A stretch of 64,000 bases of DNA from the human T2T-CHM13v2.0 reference genome, Homo sapiens, in NCBI RefSeq assembly GCF_009914755.1, contig NC_060940.1; one strand, written 5' to 3'. The position numbers and the translations under genes are program-made. Every line of letters begins with the position of its first letter. Positions within the stretch are counted from its first letter, which is position 1. Shown here in pieces: positions 52,923 through 64,000 of the stretch. The notes below the pieces were generated by a model. That model worked only from the letters and a program-made list of their open reading frames with translations, made no database searches and was not told the origin of the DNA.

Positions 52923-54407
52923 TGAGTAGCTGGGACTACAGGCACCCGCCACCACGCCCGGCTAATTTTTTCTATCTTTAGTAGAGATGGGGTTTCACCG
53001 TGTTAGCTAGGATGGTCTCGATCTCCTGACCTTGTGATCCACCCGCCTTGGCCTCCCAAAGTGCTGGGATTACAGGCGTGAGCCACCGCGCCCGGTCGGA
53101 AAATGATTTTAATGGATGGTTTTGAGGAAGCTGGTGATTATTTTGTAATGGAGAATTGTAACATGCCAGGGGTTTGGCTCTTCTTTCAGTATTTCTTCAG
53201 GCTACCACAAAACTCCACTATTGATATTCTTCCAAAAATAAACAAAACACTAAAAGGACTCCTGCCTTTGGAACAAAATAGCTTCATATTAAGGTAGCTT
53301 TGAGGCACAAACCAAGCTGCCTGTGGAGAAGCTGGTTCTTCCTCTAAAACTTACATGAACCTCTGACCCCACTCCCCCTTACTAACGGTTTTCTTTTCTC
53401 TTTTGATTTTCTATTTTATACTTTTTATTTTGGACTACTTATAGATTCACAAAATGTTGTAAAAATAGCACAGGGCTGGACCCTGAAGTCTGCTTCCCTG
53501 AATGGTAACCTCTTTTTTTTTTTTTTTTTTTTTTTTGAGACGGAATTTTGCTTTTGTTGCCCAGGCTGGAGTGGAATGGCACGATCTTGGCCACTGCACC
53601 CTCTGCCTCCCAGGTTCAAGTGATTCTCCTGCCTCAGCCTCCCGAGTAGCTGGGATTACAGGCATGCACCACCACGCCCGGCTAATTTTTTTTTGTATTT
53701 TTAGTAGAGATGGGGTTTCTCCATGTTGGTCAGGCTGGTCTCAAACTCCCGACCTCAGGTGATCTGCCCGCCTCAGCCTCCCAACGTGCTGGGATTACAG
53801 GCATGAGCCATCGCGCTCGACCAATAACTACCATTTCAAATTCCCACGACTATTGTACTGCAGACCTGTTATCGTATATTCTCACCAACACATTTTAAAA
53901 TGCTTAACTTTTAGGCTGGGCGTGGCCCACACTTTGGGAGGCTGAGGCAGGCAGATCACTTGGGCCCTGGAGTTTGAGACCAGCCTGGGCAACGTGGCGA
54001 AACTCTGTCTCTACAAAAAATACAAAAATTTGCCCGGCGCGGTGATGCACACCTGTGGTCCCAGCTACTTTATAGGCTGAGGTGGGAGAATCTCTCGAAC
54101 CCAGCAGGAGGAGGTTGCAGTGAGCCTAGATCACCACTGCCCTCCAGCCTGGGCCACAGAGTGAGACCCTGTCTCAAGATCAGATAAAATGAAATGCTTA
54201 ACTTTTGTTAATGTCATTGGTCCTGCTGTGTCTATGAGTGAGACTGAGTGTGTTTCCCCTGGGCACCGGCCACTGGCGTGTGCTCTTCAGTGAACTGCCC
54301 AGTTATGAATTCGTTTCCTGTTTCCCCACTGGGGTCCTTGCCTTTCTTTTGTGGGTTTGTGAAAACCCTAAGAATATTTATCCTGGTTTGTTTTGTGGAG
54401 CTAACAA

Positions 54408-54599
54408 CAATCTTTTGGCTTCCCTGGGCCACGTTGGAAGAATTGTCTTGGGCCACACATAAAGTACACTAACACTAATGATAGCTGATGAGCTGAAAAA
54501 AAAAAATTGCAAAAAAATCTGTGAATGTTTTAAGAAAGTTTCTGAATTTATGTTAGGCCACACTTCAAGCCATCCTGGGCCGAGGGTTGGACAAGCTTG
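54408..54599. mobile_element. MER30 (hAT-Charlie MITE)
   Basis: caatcttttggcttccctgggccac...acactaacactaatgatagctgatgagct...ggttggacaagcttg matches MER30. Confidence 0.85.
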
Positions 54600-54835
54600 G
54601 GTTAGACATTTCATAATATATTTAGTTCATCAGTGTTTTTCTTAATGATTTCCACCTTTGGGGTCATGCGTTCAAGACTTTCCCTAACAATACATAAACA
54701 TTCTCTTCTATTTTCTTTTAGTTTAATGTTTGTTAAAAATAATGTTTACATTTTTGGCCAGGCGCAGTGGCTCACGCCTGTAATCCCAGCACTTTGAGAG
54801 GCTTAGGTGGGCAGATCACGAGGTCAGCAGTTCTA

Positions 54836-55018
<183 letters not shown>

Positions 55019-55272
55019 CTAGGTGACAGAGCAAGATTCTGTCTCAAAAAAATAATAATAATAATAATAATGTTTACATTTTTAATTCATTTGGAGTTTA
55101 TCTTGATTGGTGGATTTTTTTTTTTTTTTGTGACGAGGTCTCACTCTCACCCAGGCTGGAGCACAGTGGTGCAGTCTCGGCTCACCGCAACCTCTGCCTC
55201 CTGGGTTCAAGCAGTTCTCCTGCCTCAGCCTCCTGAGTAGGTGGTGGCTTTTTTTTTTTTTTTTTTTTTTGA

Positions 55273-55455
<183 letters not shown>

Positions 55456-55533
55456 TAGCCAGGATGGTCTCAATCTCCTGACCTTGTGATCCGCCCGCTT
55501 TGGCCTCCTAAAGTGCTGGTATTACAGGCGTGA

Positions 55534-55734
<201 letters not shown>

Positions 55735-56429
55735 TAGTTGGGATTATAGGCGCATGCCACCATACTCATCTAATTTTTTTATTTTAGCAGAGGTGGGGTT
55801 TCACCATGTTGTTCAGGCTGGTCTCGAACTCCTGACTTCGTGATCTGCCTGCCTCGGCCTCCGAAAGTGCTGGGATTACAGGCGCAAACCACCACGCCCG
55901 GTCAGTTGGTGGTTTTTTAATTGATTGATTGTTGGTTTTGTTGTTTTATCGATGTTTTGTTCTGTTTTGTTTTGTTTTGAGACAGAGCTTTACTCTGTGT
56001 CACCAGGCTGGAGGGCAGTGGCGTGATCACCACTCATTGCAGCCTCCACTTCCTGGCTTCAAGTGACCCTCCCACCTCAGCTCCTGGGTAGCTAAGACCA
56101 CAGGCGTGTGCCACCACACCGGGCTGATTTTTTTTTTCTTTCTTTTTAGAAACGGTCTCACCGTGTTGCCCAGGCTGGTCTTGAACTGAACTCAAGCTTT
56201 CCATGCGCCTCGGCCTGGCAAAGTGCTGGGATTATAGACATGAGACAACACTCCCAGCCTTATTAATGATTTTTTTTTTTTAAGAGAAGTCTTGCTGTTG
56301 TCCCTCAGGCTTGAGTGCGATGGCTCAATCTCGGCTGACTGCAACCTCTGCCTCCCAGGTTCAAACAATTCTCCTGCCCTTGACTCCCAAGTGACTGGGA
56401 TTAAGGTGCCCGCCACCACGCCCGACTAA

Positions 56430-56567
<138 letters not shown>

Positions 56568-58379
56568 TAATGATTTTTAAATCAGTTTCTCACAAACTCT
56601 TTTGATCTTAGATCAGTCTGTGTTTTTCATAAATGCCTCAACGGCTGGCTCGGTTTTAGAAACCTGTGTTTGTCAGTTAAAATGATGATCCTCCCAAAAA
56701 TGTTCAGTGCCATTTTCTACCCTGACCTGGGTTCGCCCAAGTGGTGGGAGAGTCCCCATGGAGGCACTGCGGGGCCTGACTGTCTGGGAACCCTCTCAGA
56801 GTGGAGCCCAGTGCTGGGTTCAGGTGGGTGCTCATCTGGTTAAGTCAATTGCCTGCATTGTTTTGCGTCCCGTAATGGGGCTTTGCCTTCTGAAGCCTCT
56901 GTTTCTGTCTTCCCTCACACGTATGTGATATGTCTTATTTCATTCTGCTCTGCAGGTGAGGACACTGGCCCAATTGTAGATGCTCACAAGACACAGATGA
57001 CCCAAATCCCCAACCGTGTTACTAATGAGCATTTAGAGAGTTTTTTCCCTTTGTCCTTCTAAATCTTGTTACAGAGATGGTCCGTGCATGGGGGAAATGT
57101 TTGTCCTTTCGGCCAGGCTCTCCAATTCAAAAGGCAGGAATTGAGAAAATGACAGTACTTTCTCTGTCCCTGCCACAGAATGTCCAGTTTGGTCTGATTT
57201 AACATGACAAATCATGCTGTAGAGATAAGTAAGTAGTTTGAATTTTATTTTTCCTTTAATTTTTAGAAGCCACCTTATAACTCGACCATTCTAGTCACAT
57301 TTTTTTCATATAGATTGTATACTTTATATACTCCATGCTTATCCACATAGAGAATACTTCTGGAAGGACCCATATGAAACTGGTACCATGCTTCCCCTCT
57401 TGAGCCTGGGAGCCACAAGATGAAAGGAGATTTACCCTTTTATAGTTTTTAAGTTTTGTGGGTTTTTTTGAAACAGGGTCTTGTTCTGTTGCCCAGGATG
57501 GAGTGCAGTGTCCTGGCCATCGCTCACTGCAGCCTTGACCTCCCGGGCTCAAGCAATCCTCCTGCCTCAGCCTCCTGAGTAGTTGGGACTATAGGTGCCC
57601 ACCACCACACCTGGCTGATTTTTGTATTTTTGGGTAGAGAAGAAGTGTCCCCTGTTGCCCAGGCTGGTCTCAAACTCCTAGGCTCAAGCGACCCACCTGC
57701 CTCAGTCCCCCAAAGTGCTGGGATTACAGGTGTGAGGCAGTGCACCTGGCCCTTTTAAATGTTGTATATATTTATTACTGATTTTTTAAAATTATAAATC
57801 CAAACTACATTAATAGTAATTGTCTTGCAGGGTCCTTTGGTCATAGCTTACATATTAGAAGAAGGATTAAGAAAGGGAGTGATATAATTTACTAGCTTGA
57901 GGTCTGCATTTGGATTGACTTTACTAAGCTTGCTGTGAACTCCAAGGAACAGAAAACCCAGAATACAGGCCGGGCGGCATCTTCAGAGGAAGAGGCCCTT
58001 TCCCCTTTGCCTTGCTTGCTTCCAGGCTGGCTGTGGGGGGATGCAGTCTCCCCTTGAGGGTCAGGAGATGTCTGGCCATCATCTGGTAGTTAGAGTGGGA
58101 TGAACCGAACAAGGGCAGACTTCTCGGTCTGTTCTTCTCTGCTTGGCTCCACCCTGGAATCAGCTGGAGAGTGCCAGCAGCTGCTCCTGACTGGGACCCC
58201 ACACCCAAAGTGGCCAACTTAGTCCTTCTGGGGGTGGCATCAGGATTGCGAAAGCACCCAAGTTATTTTCATGTGGAGCCACCACTGAGAGTCATGTCTT
58301 TGGGAGGATCTAAGTTCCTGACCTGCCACCTTCGCAGGCTGCCTGAGCTGCACTTGACAAGTGGCTTTATGATCCCTAG

Positions 58380-58485
58380 GTCCACCTGGGCTTGCGAAGG
58401 CACAGATTCCCCGTCCACAGCTCACGACCAGATGCACCAGCAGGAGTCCACATCGAGGACGTCCTCCGGGCACTCCCACGACCAG
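58380..58485 (+). other. FAM234A: FAM234A 5' UTR exon 2 (106 nt)
   Basis: ctttatgatccctag acceptor and CAG|GTAGGT donor; unique CpG-containing sequence; agrees with recalled gene structure. Confidence 0.7.
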
Positions 58486-58690
58486 GTAGGTGAGGACTGG
58501 TGGGCCCGTGGCTGGATGGGTGGTGTTTTCAGATTCCTGGTGGTGGCGGTTGATGCCCCTCCTTGAGTAGTGCTTTCCTGCACGCTTTCTTTGATGCTCT
58601 AGCTCCCACCAGATGAGGACAGCTGAGGCTCAGAGCTCGAATTTCTTGGCTGCAATTTTAAAGCTCTTAAGTTTAAAGCCGTAAAGATAG

Positions 58691-58942
<252 letters not shown>

Positions 58943-59409
58943 TAGTAGAGACGGGGTTTCACCGTGTTAGCCAGGATGCTCTAGATCTCCTGACCTCGTG
59001 ATCCTCCCACCTCGGCCTCTCAAAGTGCTGGGACTACAGGCGTGAGCCACCGCGCCCGGCCAGGAATCTATGTTTTAAACATTTCACACATCCCTTCCTT
59101 GGGGACATGGTGGCTAGATTTGCTGAATTAATGGCCGTCTCCTCTTCTTCCAGCCCTGGCCCCAGCCCCTCAGGCCCTGGCAATGAGGCACTCCTACGTT
59201 CTGTTGCTGGCTTTTTCCCTAGTTACCTTTTCCAGACAACCCACGTCCTGCCTTCCCCACCCCCATGCCAGCTGCTTGGGTTTAATGAGGTCCTTGGTCG
59301 CGACTCATTGTTTGATTTTCCGTGTTCTAACTCACTGCCTTTGATAAGCACACCTTTTCTGACTTCCAAGATGTTAAAACTTAAGCCTCAGCACCTAGGA
59401 GAATGCACA

Positions 59410-61530
<2,121 letters not shown>

Positions 61531-62292
61531 CATACACAGGTTATTAAGTGAGTTACTTTTATTATATAATTAGGCAAAGACAAAGTCCGAGTGAACAGTT
61601 TAAAACAAAAGCCAGCAGTCCCTTATCTCTCTGTCTTCCTGACCCTTCCCCAGAGGGTGCGGCTTTCAGCTCAGCTTTTCCTCGCCTTCCCTCGCTGACC
61701 TCCGCACGCCCTCTTTCATCTTTCACCCCTCCCTTTGCTGTGAACTGTTGACTTCCTTTTTGGGTAGGTGAAGGTTTTACCTCAAATCTGCATGATCACG
61801 TCCAGTCTCTCAGTATGATGTGTTAGGACATCGGTTTGGTTGTTTAAAAGGAACCAAAATAACAAAAATCTTGCCTGAGACAAAATGGAAGTTTGTTTTT
61901 TTCTCGTTTTATACAGTCGAAGCAGCTCAGGCTGGGTGGTGGTGGTTGGCAGATATCAGGGGCCCTGTGCCTTTCCCATGTTCAAATGTGTTTTCCGTTT
62001 TGGTTTCTAAGACGGCGACTGCCGGTTTCCCCACCGCATCCACCCCCGGTCCGGCCAGCAGGAACCAGGGGAAGGAGAGGGCATGTTTTTCCCCTCAGAA
62101 TTGGGGCTCAGAAGTTACTCCCAGCACCGAGCTCACTCAACACAGCTGTCCCCTGTCCTCCCCTGCGGACTTCTGTTTGAATATATTTTATTTTATTTTT
62201 TTCTAGTTAGTCTGTGCTTATCCATGAACATATTTTATTAATAATAATTAGGTAGTGTTTGAATGTTTACTGTGTATCATATGATCTTATAA

Positions 62293-62509
<217 letters not shown>

Positions 62510-62609
62510 TAGCCAGGATGGTCTTGATCTCCTGACCTCGTGATCCGCACGCCTCGGCCTGCCAAAGTACTGGGATTACAGGTGTGAGCCACCACGCCCG
62601 GCTACATTT

Positions 62610-62780
62610 AATTATTTAATCCTTAGAACAGGCTTCTAAAGTAGATATTGTTTGTTTTACAGATAAGGAAACTGAGGCACAGTTCAGTCAAAGCACATGT
62701 CCTGGTCACACAGCTAGGGAGGTGCAAGCCTGCCCGCCCAGAGCCCATCTTCACTCCGGGTACTTTGAATTTTGGGTCTG
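62610..62780. mobile_element. MIR
   Basis: MIR core ttttacagataaggaaactgaggcacag...ggtcacacagcta. Confidence 0.75.
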
Positions 62781-63243
62781 TGGCCCTCCAGGGAGTCCAT
62801 GTGTGCGCACCTGGGTCACCTTTTCCATCTGTGCTTGAGGCTGGTGGAAGGTGGCTCAGATATGCTCAGAGGCTGAGTAGGTGGGGCTTAGTTAACACTG
62901 CCCTGGAGCTCATTGAGCATTTCCTGGGTTCGGCAGGCAGGAAGCACCAGCGTGTTCTGGATGAAAATAGTTCCTGCCTGCTGGCTCTCCACAGCTAACT
63001 CGCCTTTCCACACTAATTAGAGACCTTCTTAAGTATAATCTGTTAAGACTGACACCCTAAACATTTATTTAGCTTTTATTTCCTGGGCTGGTGGCCCATA
63101 GTTAGAGCTGCAGCCAGTCCCCAAGAAGCCGACGCCAGCAGACCCCTCTGTGCTGCAGCTTTGTGCCGTGGGACTGCTGGCCTCGCCGACCTCTTGCTTT
63201 ATCGACACAGTGACCAGGAGTTAAACTTTGGGATGTGCCCGTG

Positions 63244-63511
63244 ATGTTGGACCACAAGGACTTAGAGGCCGAAATCCACCCCTTGAAAAATGAAGAAAGA
63301 AAATCGCAGGAAAATCTGGGAAATCCATCAAAAAATGAGGATAACGTGAAAAGCGCGCCTCCACAGTCCCGGCTCTCCCGGTGCCGAGCGGCGGCGTTTT
63401 TTCTTTCATTGTTTCTCTGCCTTTTTGTGGTGTTCGTCGTCTCATTCGTCATCCCGTGTCCAGACCGGCCGGCGTCACAGCGAATGTGGAGGATAGACTA
63501 CAGTGCCGCTG
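63244..63511 (+). CDS. FAM234A: FAM234A (ITFG3) first coding exon (exon begins 63211): MLDHKDLEAEIHPLKNEERKSQENLG...FFLSLFLCLFVVFVVSFVIPC...WRIDYSAA, cytoplasmic N-terminus plus one TM helix
   Basis: Acceptor cttgctttatcgacacag at 63210; ATG at 63244; hydrophobic TM segment; donor CTG|GTGAGC at 63511/63512. Confidence 0.93.
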
Positions 63512-64000
63512 GTGAGCCTCGGCTTCCCCGCCCAGTGGGGTCCAAAGCAGCTCTTCCCAGGGGATGGGGCGGAGGGGGCAGAACTGTGTCTGCGAGTCTA
63601 GAAGTGGCCTTTAAACAGTGAATCAGTCCCAAGAGGCTGCCAGTTCTATGTCCAAGGTTTTCCCGGAGTTTTAGGGAGCGATAGACCAGCCTTTTTATTT
63701 TTGAGATGGAGTTTCGCTCTTGTTGCCCAGGCTGGAGTGCACTGGCACAATCTCAGCTCACCGCTACTTCTGCCTCCGGAGTTCAAGCGATTCTCCCGCC
63801 TCAGCCTCCCAAATAGCTGGGATTACAGGCGTGCAGCACCACGCCCAGCTAATATTTGTATTTTTAGTAGAGACCGGGTTTCACCATGTTGGTCAGGGTG
63901 GTCTCGAACTCCTGAGCTCGTGATCCGCCCGCCTCAGCCTCCCAAAGTGCTGAGATTACAGGCGTGAGCCACAGCGCCTGGCCCTAATTTTGTATTTTTG

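Overview
Primate (human-like), extremely Alu-dense genomic DNA recognised as the 16p13.3 region next to the alpha-globin cluster. The minus strand carries LUC7L coding exons 1-7 (U1 snRNP-associated splicing factor; the gene continues off the left edge). The plus strand carries FAM234A/ITFG3 exons 1-3 (continues off the right edge). The two genes are divergent, with separate CpG-island promoters about 5 kb apart, and a processed C4orf46 retrocopy with an intact 112-aa ORF lies between them. Points of most interest: (i) two frameshifting poison-exon candidates and a possible 10-nt microexon in LUC7L, all with 5' splice sites lacking -1G, the class LUC7L/LUC7L2 promote, suggesting a layered splice-site-encoded feedback circuit; (ii) two locally templated DNA copies, namely a 114-bp unique segment pasted into an Alu 2.46 kb away and a private 37-mer shared by Alus 14 kb apart; (iii) two uORFs in the FAM234A leader, one closed by a splice junction and one overlapping the main start (TGATG); (iv) fold-back Alu structures. 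Nearly all supplied ORFs are Alu or CpG-island artefacts. No prokaryotic-type system, CRISPR array or RNA gene was seen. Gene and repeat names come from recognition, not database searches, and repeat boundaries are approximate.
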